A stretch of 56,934 nt of DNA. It comes from Ruminococcus sp. (GTDB lineage Bacteria > Bacillota > Clostridia > Oscillospirales > Acutalibacteraceae). This document shows positions 9,815 to 18,479 of this stretch, piece by piece. The stretch is taken from contig JAZQHL010000165.1 of NCBI GenBank assembly GCA_045540595.1, positions 1-56,934 of the forward strand, written 5' to 3'. Within the stretch, counting starts at the first letter, position 1. Every line of letters begins with the position of its first letter. A program made the position numbers and the translations under genes. The notes under the pieces were generated by a model that did no database searches, had not been told where the DNA came from, and saw only the letters and a program-made list of their open reading frames with translations.

Positions 9815-12145
9815 ATGGAAGCAGCAAAACGGGTCAAAAAGAAAAGGGAAGAGGAGTTTCATTTTTCAGCCCTTGCAAAAGAAATAATAGTTCAGGCAGT
9901 GTACTTCTTATTGGGACTGCTTATTTCACGGGGAGCAGTGCTGTCAGACCTTTCACCCTTCGGGGCGTCGTTTGTTGCGGCAGTGCCTCTGAAATTTACA
10001 GGAATATCAGTTCTTGGCAGTGCACTGGGATACATACTGCTGTCACCTTCAGATTCATTCAGGTATATTGCAGTGGTGCTGGCAATAGGTGCATTGAAGT
10101 GGCTGCTAAGTGATATTACAAAAATAACAAAAAGCAAACTGTATGCACCTTTGCTCTCCTTTGTGCCTGTGCTTGCAACAGGAATTGCCCTGATGTTTGT
10201 AAGCACAAGCCGTATTTCTGAATTAGGTATTTGTATTGTGGAGGCACTCATATCTGCAACCGGTGCCTACTTTATCTCACGCAGTGCAACTCTGATGTCC
10301 TCTTCACGAGGAATTACGGGATTTTCTCAGCAGGAGGTTGCCTGCCTTACAGTATCTGTATGTATACTGATGCTTTCTTTCGGCTCTGTGAGTGTGTGGG
10401 GAGTGTCTCTGGGCAGGGTGATGGCTGTGGTTGCGGTACTTCTCTGTGCACGCTACGGAGGAGTGACAGGGGGAAGCATAAGCGGAATCGCCACAGGAGT
10501 TGTGTTCAGCCTTGGAAGCACAAACACATCTTTTCTGGCAGGAGGCTATGCCTTCGGCGGACTTGTGGGGGGACTCTTTGCAACACTTGGAAAATTTCCT
10601 GTGGGTGCAGTGTTTACTCTTTGCAGCACAGTGCTTTCCTTTGCAAGCCCTGATAAACGTCTGGTGCTTTCCCTCTTTATAGAGTGTATGCTGGGCACAG
10701 GCTTATTTATGTTTATTCCATCTGATTTCGGTAATGTAATCAGGTCTGCTTTTGCACCTGCTCCCGACAGAGGAGTAAGTGAGGCAATGAGGCGCAGTGT
10801 GACAGTACGGCTTGACCATGCGGCACATGCCCTTGAGGGAGTGAACGAATGTGTAAACGCTGTGTCTGAAAAACTGAGGAAGAATTTTAACGAAGAGGAA
10901 GATTTGCAGATATATGAAAATGCAGTGAAGAAAACCTGCTCTGCCTGCGGTCTCAGAGTGTATTGCTGGGACAAGCAGAAGGAACTGACAAAAGATGATT
11001 TTACAAGACTTACCGAGGTGTTGAGGTCTGCAGGATATATAAGTGAAAAAGATGTAAATGAGAGATTTACAAAGAAATGCTGCAAGCAGAGAGAACTTGC
11101 AGACAATATCAACGAAAGCTATAAGGAGTATCTTTGTGAACTTTCCGCTCAGCGCAGAATTACTCAGGTGCGCTCAGTGGTGGCAGGGCAGTTTTCGGGA
11201 CTGAGTGATATGCTCTGGGACTTGAGTGAAGAATTCCAGACCTTTGAAGATTTTGATACGGAAAGTGCAGACAGAATCACACAGGAGTTGAAAAATCTGG
11301 GAGTAGTTGTGGTGGATTGCAGTTGCCGTCTGCACCGTGACTATGGAATGACAGTTGACCTTGAAATTGCTCTTACAAGAAAGAGGGATCTGAATATCAA
11401 GGAAATCCATCACACAGTTTCCCGCTGTTGCGGCAGGCGTTTTGAACTTCCGGGAGAAAGCCGAACTGCGGACAGACTGAGACTTGTTATGAGTGAAATT
11501 GCAGACTACGATGTGGAAATCGGTTCCTCTCAGCATATAGCAAATGACTATAACCTTTGCGGTGATTGCCTTGATTTCTTTATGAACGGCTGTGGCAGTA
11601 TGGTGGCAATCATCAGCGACGGAATGGGCTCGGGAGGCTCTGCTGCAGTGGACTCCAATATGGCGGTAAGTGTACTGACAAAACTGATAAAAGCAGGACT
11701 TTCCTATGATTGCGCCTTGTCTGTGGTGAATTCCTCACTGATGATAAAGTCAGAAGAAGAGTCCATGGCAACCCTTGATATTGCAGATGTAAACCTGTTT
11801 ACAGGCAAGGTGAGTTTGCTCAAGGCAGGGGCACCCGTAACCTATATCCGAAAAGGCGGCAGGGTGCACCGCAGAGAGTTTTCTTCACTTCCTGTGGGAA
11901 TCCTTAACGAAGTCAGATTTGCAAAGGATACCATAACCTTGCACGAAGGAGATGCTCTGGTGATGATTTCTGACGGAGCAGTAGCAGGAGATGAAAAATG
12001 GCTTGAGGATTTAATTCGTACCTGGAACGAAGCCTCTTGTCAGGATTTTGCCTCACTGGTAGTGAACGAAGCCATGAAACGAAGAAAGGATACCCACGAC
12101 GACGATATTACCGCAATAGCAATGAAAATGATTTACAATGAATAG
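9815..12145 (+). CDS. spoIIE: Stage II sporulation protein E (membrane PP2C phosphatase)
   Basis: About 10 N-terminal TMs, CxxC...CW motif, C-terminal PP2C motifs CGD, SDGMGSG, ATLD, ISDG, DDIT. Confidence 0.93.
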   Translation: MEAAKRVKKKREEEFHFSALAKEIIVQAVYFLLGLLISRGAVLSDLSPFGASFVAAVPLKFTGISVLGSALGYILLSPSDSFRYIAVVLAIGALKWLLSDITKITKSKLYAPLLSFVPVLATGIALMFVSTSRISELGICIVEALISATGAYFISRSATLMSSSRGITGFSQQEVACLTVSVCILMLSFGSVSVWGVSLGRVMAVVAVLLCARYGGVTGGSISGIATGVVFSLGSTNTSFLAGGYAFGGLVGGLFATLGKFPVGAVFTLCSTVLSFASPDKRLVLSLFIECMLGTGLFMFIPSDFGNVIRSAFAPAPDRGVSEAMRRSVTVRLDHAAHALEGVNECVNAVSEKLRKNFNEEEDLQIYENAVKKTCSACGLRVYCWDKQKELTKDDFTRLTEVLRSAGYISEKDVNERFTKKCCKQRELADNINESYKEYLCELSAQRRITQVRSVVAGQFSGLSDMLWDLSEEFQTFEDFDTESADRITQELKNLGVVVVDCSCRLHRDYGMTVDLEIALTRKRDLNIKEIHHTVSRCCGRRFELPGESRTADRLRLVMSEIADYDVEIGSSQHIANDYNLCGDCLDFFMNGCGSMVAIISDGMGSGGSAAVDSNMAVSVLTKLIKAGLSYDCALSVVNSSLMIKSEEESMATLDIADVNLFTGKVSLLKAGAPVTYIRKGGRVHRREFSSLPVGILNEVRFAKDTITLHEGDALVMISDGAVAGDEKWLEDLIRTWNEASCQDFASLVVNEAMKRRKDTHDDDITAIAMKMIYNE

Positions 12146-12176
12146 GAGGCAGGTGTAAAGAAAACAAGAAGGAGCA
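12133..12176 (+). repeat. 44-bp direct repeat copy 1 (last codons and stop of spoIIE plus start of the terminator)
   Basis: TTACAATGAATAGGAGGCAGGTGTAAAGAAAACAAGAAGGAGCA, identical to 12972-13015. Confidence 0.95.
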
Positions 12177-12200
12177 CACAGAAAACTGTGTGCTCCTTCT
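12168..12200. terminator. Bidirectional terminator between spoIIE and dockerin gene 1
   Basis: AAGGAGCACACAG-aaaa-CTGTGTGCTCCTT. Confidence 0.85.
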
Positions 12201-12224
12201 GCTTTATTTGTGTTTATTTATGAA

Positions 12225-12845
12225 TCAGTATTCAAGCCCTGCAATACACTTCTGAATCGCGGTTGCATCTTTGATATTTCGCTCACCGTCACCGTTGAAA
12301 TCGTAGACCAGATGGTTGTAGTCTCCCAGTACATGATGGGGTGATTCAAGTCCTGCTATGCGTTTCTGAATGCAGGTTGCATCTTTGATTGTAAGTGCAA
12401 AGTCACCGTCACAGTCTCCTGCCAAAGCAACAGAGTGGTGAATACTTTTCAGACCTTCTTCCACTCCTGCAAGTTCTGAGGTTATAGCTTCTTCCAGAGT
12501 GAGGATTCTGTGCTCCTCAGGGAGATAAAAGTGATATCCGTGAAGGTAAGGTGAATATGGACCTGTAGAAACTATGTATTTGCCGATGTGACTCTGTACC
12601 TGAATGTCAGAAACAAGAGCGTAATGTACTAAGACCAGTACGTAATCGGGAGTTGCCTCGTCAGCAGTTGGATCTTCTCCGTAGTAGAAAAAGCACTCCT
12701 CATAGCAGTGTTCTTCACGGGGATAATCAAGCTGAAGAAGTTCAAATACCTTGTCCTCATATATGGAGGATTCCTGTGCAGAAACAGATACACACAGGCT
12801 GAGCATCATAAGCAACATAAGTGTAAAACTCAGAATCTTTTTCAT
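12225..12845 (-). CDS. Secreted protein with a C-terminal type I-like dockerin
   Basis: Signal peptide ending VSA; duplicated Ca-binding repeats GDCDGDFALTIKDATCIQK and DFNGDGERNIKDATAIQK. Confidence 0.88.
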   Translation of the reverse strand: MKKILSFTLMLLMMLSLCVSVSAQESSIYEDKVFELLQLDYPREEHCYEECFFYYGEDPTADEATPDYVLVLVHYALVSDIQVQSHIGKYIVSTGPYSPYLHGYHFYLPEEHRILTLEEAITSELAGVEEGLKSIHHSVALAGDCDGDFALTIKDATCIQKRIAGLESPHHVLGDYNHLVYDFNGDGERNIKDATAIQKCIAGLEY

Positions 12846-12874
12846 AAAATCACCTCGTTTTATTATTTCACTTC

Positions 12875-12959
12875 TTAGACGTAAGAAATGCAGAAAACCT
12901 CACACTTTATTTGGATTTTCTCTAAATAAATTCTATCACGTAAAAACAGTCTATGTCAA
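12875..12959 (-). promoter_or_regulatory. Promoter region of dockerin gene 1: sigmaA-type promoter plus a conserved downstream bipartite motif
   Basis: Minus strand TTGACA-18 nt-TAGAAT with extended TG (12959-12930), then TGTGAGGTTTT-12 nt-CGTCTAA (12904-12875); both recur upstream of dockerin gene 2. Confidence 0.7.
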
Positions 12960-12971
12960 TAAACTTCTGTG

Positions 12972-13015
12972 TTACAATGAATAGGAGGCAGGTGTAAAGA
13001 AAACAAGAAGGAGCA
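12972..13015 (+). repeat. 44-bp direct repeat copy 2
   Basis: Perfect copy of 12133-12176. Confidence 0.95.
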
Positions 13016-13042
13016 TACAGAGTTTGTCTCTGTATGCTCCTT
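13008..13042. terminator. Terminator downstream of dockerin gene 2, paralogous to 12168-12200
   Basis: AAGGAGCATACAGAG-tttgt-CTCTGTATGCTCCTT. Confidence 0.85.
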
Positions 13043-13060
13043 TGCTGTTTAATTGAGTTC

Positions 13061-13114
13061 AAGGCTCCTTCTTAGAGGGAGCTGGATTTCGGCAAAGCCG
13101 AAAGACTGAGGGAG
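13061..13114. repeat. Short double-hairpin REP/MITE-like intergenic element
   Basis: GCTCCTTC-tta-GAGGGAGC and TTTCGGC-aaa-GCCGAAA hairpins ending in GACTGAGGGAG; resembles a repeat family I recall from clostridial genomes; single copy in the window. Confidence 0.55.
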
Positions 13115-13124
13115 TAACCTTCAA

Positions 13125-14159
13125 TCAATACTCCAGACCTGCAATGTGTTTCTGAATAGCAGTAGCGTCCTTGATTGTTACCTCGCAATCTCTGTCAAAA
13201 TCGGAAATTGCAATCAAAGGGGACTTATCACTCCACATATATGCTTCGAGATAACCAAAATTGTCAGACAGCCCTGCCAGACACTTCTGGATTTCTGTAG
13301 CATCTTTGATTGTAAGTCTTCTATCATCGTCCATATCACCGATAAGTCTGCCGATTTTAGCCTCCGTGAACACATTGTCGATGCCTTCAATTCCGCGTTT
13401 ATATGCAGTTAACAAATCTATAACTTCCTGTGTCTTTGGAATATATATGCCGTATCCGTATATGAACGGATGCTCATAGTTGCGATTCTCCAGCAAATAA
13501 TCACCAAAAACATCAGCAGTGAACGCCGGACTTACCATACCGCTTGTGAGGTAAATGAGAACATAATCAGGAGTAGCCTCATCACCTGTTACTGTTTTAT
13601 CAGGAGAGAAATACTCATAGCTCTCATAGTATGTGTAAAAGCCATGTCCTCCGGGTTCGGTATCATAAAGTCCCATCAAACTGCAGATTGTATTCTCGTA
13701 CTTGTTTTCTGAGGAGTCTCCAAAATCATACATAAATATATGGTCTCCTGAAAATATGTCCCACATAGAAAGCACTATACCTTTTGTAATAATGCCCTCA
13801 TCAAAGGCTTCTCTTAGAGTATATATATCATCGCCTTTATTCACATATATTCCTAAATCATAAGGATAGTAAGCCTGATAACCTTTTATTTTACAGATAC
13901 CGAATTTTTCATTCAAATCTGCCGACTCAGGTTCAATCCAGTCAGGATAAGCATAGAAAATCCTCATATCATCATAAAAACTAAAAGTATCAATAATTAC
14001 CTTATCGTCCTCAGAAGGCTTCATATCATCGGGCAGTTCTTCTACGCAATAATCGTAAAATAACTGCTCAAGAGATGACCAAGTTGTATCAGCACAAACA
14101 GACACACAGGCACCTAATGTGAGAATCAGCACAAGTATAAAGCTCAGGATTTTTTTCAT
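13125..14159 (-). CDS. Secreted protein with a C-terminal dockerin, paralogue of 12225-12845
   Basis: Signal peptide MKKILSF...VCA; shared DEATPDYVL motif; dockerin GDMDDDRRLTIKDATEIQK and DFDRDCEVTIKDATAIQK; ATG 14159 follows GAGGTGA. Confidence 0.88.
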   Translation of the reverse strand: MKKILSFILVLILTLGACVSVCADTTWSSLEQLFYDYCVEELPDDMKPSEDDKVIIDTFSFYDDMRIFYAYPDWIEPESADLNEKFGICKIKGYQAYYPYDLGIYVNKGDDIYTLREAFDEGIITKGIVLSMWDIFSGDHIFMYDFGDSSENKYENTICSLMGLYDTEPGGHGFYTYYESYEYFSPDKTVTGDEATPDYVLIYLTSGMVSPAFTADVFGDYLLENRNYEHPFIYGYGIYIPKTQEVIDLLTAYKRGIEGIDNVFTEAKIGRLIGDMDDDRRLTIKDATEIQKCLAGLSDNFGYLEAYMWSDKSPLIAISDFDRDCEVTIKDATAIQKHIAGLEY

Positions 14160-14217
14160 TAATATCACCTCGTTGTAATTTGCCTCATTCAGAGGAAGTG
14201 TTTTTGTCTTTCATTTA

Positions 14218-14302
14218 TTAGACGCAGATTTCTTAAAAACCTCACACATAAATATATGTTATCTGCAATTAAATTCTATCACCTAAAAACATTCTCTGTC
14301 AA
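14218..14302 (-). promoter_or_regulatory. Promoter region of dockerin gene 2
   Basis: Minus strand TTGACA-18 nt-TAGAAT (14302-14273) and TGTGAGGTTTT-11 nt-CGTCTAA (14246-14218). Confidence 0.7.
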
Positions 14303-14382
14303 TAATTTGGTGTGTCCATTCCCAATTTTTGTCCTTTGGTACAAATGCATACAACAGGGTTACAGCAAAACTACCAAAGCAA

Positions 14383-14419
14383 AACCGCCGTCAAGGGTGT
14401 AAAATTCCTGACGGCGGTT
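14383..14419 (-). terminator. Intrinsic terminator of the cytoplasmic GH13 gene
   Basis: AACCGCCGTCA...TGACGGCGGTT. Confidence 0.8.
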
Positions 14420-14447
14420 GCTTTTATTAATTTAATATTTCAGTATA

Positions 14448-15998
14448 TTACTTTGTGCGGACAATGGTGAAAGAAGAGGCGCAGACTGTAGCCTTGCCGT
14501 CTGCAAAATTCACCTTGCCGATGGTGTAAACTGTCTCTTTGATATCCTCTGCAAAGGGAATGGTCTCGTCGTTTTCGCTGGGGTTTACAAAGATAACATA
14601 ATCGCCTCTGCGGTATACAAAGGGATACTTCTCTTTCTCAGCATATACAACCTCAAAGTCAGAGCCGTTGCCAAGCTGAGGAATCTTGTGACGGAGTGCG
14701 ATGATATCGGTAACAACCTTGTAGATTGAGTCAGGGTCGTCCTTCTGATTCTCAACTGTGGGAGCACCTGCCTCAGAGTCTACAGGCAGATAGAGTTTGT
14801 CTGCATCAGCAGTGGAGAAGCCCATATTTGCACTTGAATCCCACTGCATGGGAGTACGGGAGCCTGTACGGGAGAAGCCGCCCTCTTTGCTTACAAGCTC
14901 TTTCTGATAACGCATACCAAGCTCATCACCGTAGTAGAGGAAGGGCACACCGGGCATAGTGAAAATCATAGCGTGAGAAAGCTTGATTGTCTCTTTGTCC
15001 ATATAGTAGGTAGCACGGGGCATATCGTGGTTATTTGTCATAAAGGAAATGTAGCCTGTGTCTTTTGTAAGATTGTAAGCAGGTACATATTCATCGAGGA
15101 ATGCAGTGATATCGCCCTTGCCGCTTCTGTGGAAGAATGCGTGGTTTTCACCCTTCTCGTCCAGATATCTGAACAGTCTGGAGTAGCCGTTACCATAGTG
15201 GTCAAGGTAGAAGTCCATATGGAATCCGCCGTCCATAATAGCACGCTCAGGATAGCACCATTCTGCAACAAATGCTGCCTCGGGATAGTCCTTGTCCAGC
15301 ATATCTCTTACATCGCGCCAGATTTTTGCGGTAGCCTTCTTGTCTTTATCATTCTTAACAAGGGAGTCTGCCATATCAACACGGAAGCCGTCAGCGCCCA
15401 TATCCAGCCAGAAACGGATAATATCCTTGAGTGCTTCGGCTGTAGCCTTTGCGTCGGGGTGGTCAGCAGGCATCTGCCAGTCAGGGTGCTCTATCTCAGC
15501 AAAGCCGTAGTTAAGAGCAGGCTGAGAGGAGAAATAGTTTACAAGGTAGTTTCCGTCACGCTCGCAGATACCGCACATCAGACGGTACTCAGATGGTGCG
15601 TCCCATACGCAGTTTGTGAAGATATAGCGGTTGGAATACTCACTCTTCTTTGCTTTTTTAGCCTCCTGGAACCAGGGGTGAGTGTCAGAGGTGTGACCGG
15701 GTACAAGGTCAAGGAGAATTCTGATACCCATACTGTGAGCAGTGTCCAGCAGACGCTTCATATCTTCGTTTGTGCCGTAGCGCTCTGCTACCTGCTTGTG
15801 GTTTCTTACATCATAGCCTGCGTCCATAAAGGGTGAGTCATAGCAGGGGTTGATCCACAGTGCATTACAGCCCAGTGACTTAACATAGGGGAGTTTTTCG
15901 ATAATACCCTGCAGGTCACCGATACCGTCACCGTTGGTATCATAATAGCTCTGGGGGTAGATTTCATAAAATACAGCGGTTTCAAGCCATTTTGGCAT
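14448..15998 (-). CDS. Cytoplasmic GH13 glycoside hydrolase (alpha-glucosidase/maltodextrin-processing type)
   Basis: YEIYPQSYYDTNGDGIGDL, DLVPGH, QPALN, GFRVDMA, VAEW, NNHD, YYGDELG, RTPMQW; no signal peptide. Confidence 0.9.
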   Translation of the reverse strand: MPKWLETAVFYEIYPQSYYDTNGDGIGDLQGIIEKLPYVKSLGCNALWINPCYDSPFMDAGYDVRNHKQVAERYGTNEDMKRLLDTAHSMGIRILLDLVPGHTSDTHPWFQEAKKAKKSEYSNRYIFTNCVWDAPSEYRLMCGICERDGNYLVNYFSSQPALNYGFAEIEHPDWQMPADHPDAKATAEALKDIIRFWLDMGADGFRVDMADSLVKNDKDKKATAKIWRDVRDMLDKDYPEAAFVAEWCYPERAIMDGGFHMDFYLDHYGNGYSRLFRYLDEKGENHAFFHRSGKGDITAFLDEYVPAYNLTKDTGYISFMTNNHDMPRATYYMDKETIKLSHAMIFTMPGVPFLYYGDELGMRYQKELVSKEGGFSRTGSRTPMQWDSSANMGFSTADADKLYLPVDSEAGAPTVENQKDDPDSIYKVVTDIIALRHKIPQLGNGSDFEVVYAEKEKYPFVYRRGDYVIFVNPSENDETIPFAEDIKETVYTIGKVNFADGKATVCASSFTIVRTK

Positions 15999-16183
15999 AG
16001 GTGATTCCTCCTTGGAATTTAATAAAATTATCTGTTAATAGTGTAACACGGGAAGGCTTTCTTTTCAACAGGAAGTTATAATTTTCCATCCAAAAACATT
16101 CACTTGCAAAGTACAACTTATCTGAATAATATGTTATATAGGCAGACCGCAACTCAGGTGTTGTCTTGTAAGGAGGATAGGCT

Positions 16184-16753
16184 ATGACCATCGAACAGCT
16201 TGATACCCGTAAAGTGCTGATTTCTCTGTGCAGCGAGGATATGGAGAACTTTGAACTGCGGTTTAATGATATGAGTTTCTGCGACGAACATTCCCGGAAA
16301 GTTCTGCTGAGGTTAATGAGGCTTGCCTGTATGAAAACAGGGGTAGAGATGAGAAAGGGTGCTGTGCTTCTGGAGGCATTGCCTCACAAGAGCGGTTGCC
16401 TTTTGCTTGTGACACTTATGGAGAAATCTGAGCGTAAGGTATACAAAGTGAAAAGATTCAAAAGCTACCCTTGCTTTGAGTTTGCAAATGCTGAGGATCT
16501 GCTTTGCTGTGCAGAGAGCCTTGGCAGCAAAGATATATCAATGCACAGAAATTCCCTGTGGCTGTGTAAAAACAGGTATTATCTGATGTTTGATTATCCT
16601 GTGCTGAGCAGTGCATGCAGAGGACTTATCTGTGAGTATGCGCAGGAGATAAAAAGCACAGCGGTCACTCTTTCACGAATCAGAGAAAGCGGAAAACTGC
16701 TGTGCAGGGATAACGCGGTGAATTTCATATACAATGCTATGGGTAAACACTGA
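16184..16753 (+). CDS. MecA-family adaptor protein
   Basis: Size and pattern: MTIEQL..K..I...ED start, LEA...G.L.VT, FEF...EDL, S.L....YYL, EY near the C-terminus. Confidence 0.65.
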   Translation: MTIEQLDTRKVLISLCSEDMENFELRFNDMSFCDEHSRKVLLRLMRLACMKTGVEMRKGAVLLEALPHKSGCLLLVTLMEKSERKVYKVKRFKSYPCFEFANAEDLLCCAESLGSKDISMHRNSLWLCKNRYYLMFDYPVLSSACRGLICEYAQEIKSTAVTLSRIRESGKLLCRDNAVNFIYNAMGKH

Positions 16754-16792
16754 AAACCTCCGATAGTTCATCTTCAGAAAATAAGATGCAAA

Positions 16793-16833
16793 AAAGCCAC
16801 CTCCGAACATATCCGGCAGGTGGCTTTGTTTTT
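16793..16833. terminator. Bidirectional terminator
   Basis: AAAGCCACCT...AGGTGGCTTT between convergent genes. Confidence 0.8.
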
Positions 16834-18479
16834 TACTGCTGAGTCTGGCCTTCGTCAGCCATAAGTGTGATTGTTACCTCAAAGGTTTTCTGGGTGTCTC
16901 TGCGGTAAACTGTGAGCACTACCTTGTCACCGGGCTTGTGCTCTCCGAGAATTGCGAATACATCAGAAAAATCAGCAACTTCTTCATCGTCAATCTTTGT
17001 GATGATATCATTTACTTTCAGTTCGGTGTTGTAGCAGGGACCGTCTTCTGCAATTGTACCTACAAGGATACCGCCGGGCAGGTTGTAATACTGCTGCATA
17101 GCAGAGGATACTGCCTGACCTGAAATACCAATGCGTACACGGTTGCTTACATAACCCTGAGTCATCAGGTCGTCAACAATTTCTTTGACTGTACGGCTGG
17201 GGATTGCAAAGCCCATACCTTCAACGGATTCTGAACTGATTTTTGCAGTTGTGATGCCGATTACCTGACCATACATATTGGAGAGAGGACCGCCGCTGTT
17301 ACCGGGATTTATGGCGGCATCAGTCTGAATGTATGATACCTGTGCGGATAAGCCGAGCTCACGATTAAGAGCGGAAACAACACCTCTTGTCAGAGAGTTC
17401 TGGAAGTCCATTCCACCCGGATTGCCTACTGCAATAACATCAATACCAACCTCAACTAAGTCAGAATCACAGAACTCTGCAGGAGTCAGGTTTCTTGCGT
17501 TTACTTTCAGCACAGCAAGGTCTGTTCTGGAGTCGAAACCCACAACCTTTGCCTCGTAGGTTGTACCGTCGTTTGTGACTAACTGCACGTTGTATGCTGT
17601 GCGGCTGTCACCGATAACGTGGCTGTTTGTGGCAATGTAGCCGTCGTTTGTAATAACAATGCCTGTGCCCTGAGAAGCAGGCTCACCTGTGAAACCTTTT
17701 TCATAGCAAACAACACCGATGGTGGATTCTGCTACCTTTTTGTATGCATACTGGGTTGTATATTTGTCTTTATCTGAATTGTCACGGGGCAGGGATTTAA
17801 GGTCAATACTGCCGTCGGATGAATACTCATCCTCGTCTTTTTCGGGCAGAGGGATAATGCCTTCGGGGGTGTCTTCCTGCACAGAGTCGGTTAAAGGCTG
17901 GGTTTCTTCTTCGTCATTCTCAGCAAAGAAGGTGGGTTTTGTTAAATCCAAAAAGCCTGAGTTCTGTCCTGCAACATATCCGCAGAGAACAAAGAAGCCT
18001 ATGGCAAAAATGCCGATAAGTGTAAACAAACAAGCAAGGAATACAACGTGTCCCTTCTTTTTTGGAGGTGCGGGAGGGGCTGATGCTACAGCACTGTCTG
18101 GAACAGGTGCTTTTGCAGACTGAGAATAAGGTGCCTGATAAGGAGGTGCTTTGTAGGGAGCAGGGGGTGCAGGAGGAGCATATACAGGGGGAGTGTATAC
18201 AGGCTGAGGTGTGGTGTTTTCTGCCACAGGCTCAACTGCCTCTGCAGGTGTGCTGCTTTCTTCAAAAGCATCCTTTTCCTGTGCTTTTTCGGGAGTAATT
18301 ACATCGTCTGCAGATTCCTCTAAGGGTGCAGACTCTTTTACTTCTTCCTGCAGGGGAGAAACCACCTCAGCGGGAACAGTTACCTCGGGCTGTGCAGAAG
18401 TATCTGTGTAAGTTTCAGCAGGGGCAGGAGTTTCGGTTGTATTTTCGCCCTGAATAGGGTTCAGATTGTCATTGTTCAT
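16833..18479 (-). CDS. htrA: HtrA/DegP-family serine protease with PDZ domain
   Basis: Catalytic TNSHV, DLAVLK, GNSGG; IQTDAAINPG; one TM; C-terminal PDZ; long acidic, Pro-rich N-terminus. Confidence 0.93.
   Translation of the reverse strand: MNNDNLNPIQGENTTETPAPAETYTDTSAQPEVTVPAEVVSPLQEEVKESAPLEESADDVITPEKAQEKDAFEESSTPAEAVEPVAENTTPQPVYTPPVYAPPAPPAPYKAPPYQAPYSQSAKAPVPDSAVASAPPAPPKKKGHVVFLACLFTLIGIFAIGFFVLCGYVAGQNSGFLDLTKPTFFAENDEEETQPLTDSVQEDTPEGIIPLPEKDEDEYSSDGSIDLKSLPRDNSDKDKYTTQYAYKKVAESTIGVVCYEKGFTGEPASQGTGIVITNDGYIATNSHVIGDSRTAYNVQLVTNDGTTYEAKVVGFDSRTDLAVLKVNARNLTPAEFCDSDLVEVGIDVIAVGNPGGMDFQNSLTRGVVSALNRELGLSAQVSYIQTDAAINPGNSGGPLSNMYGQVIGITTAKISSESVEGMGFAIPSRTVKEIVDDLMTQGYVSNRVRIGISGQAVSSAMQQYYNLPGGILVGTIAEDGPCYNTELKVNDIITKIDDEEVADFSDVFAILGEHKPGDKVVLTVYRRDTQKTFEVTITLMADEGQTQQ

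Noticed and set aside
12751-12984. 77-aa ORF ending in YNE like SpoIIE
   Set aside because: The ending comes only from the 44-bp duplication; the ORF overlaps the dockerin gene and its promoter on the opposite strand
12133-13015. CRISPR array or prophage att pair
   Set aside because: Only two repeats 839 bp apart enclosing one gene; no cas, integrase or phage genes
14973-15836. 287-aa ORF antisense to the GH13 gene
   Set aside because: Shadow ORF explained by codon bias of the real gene
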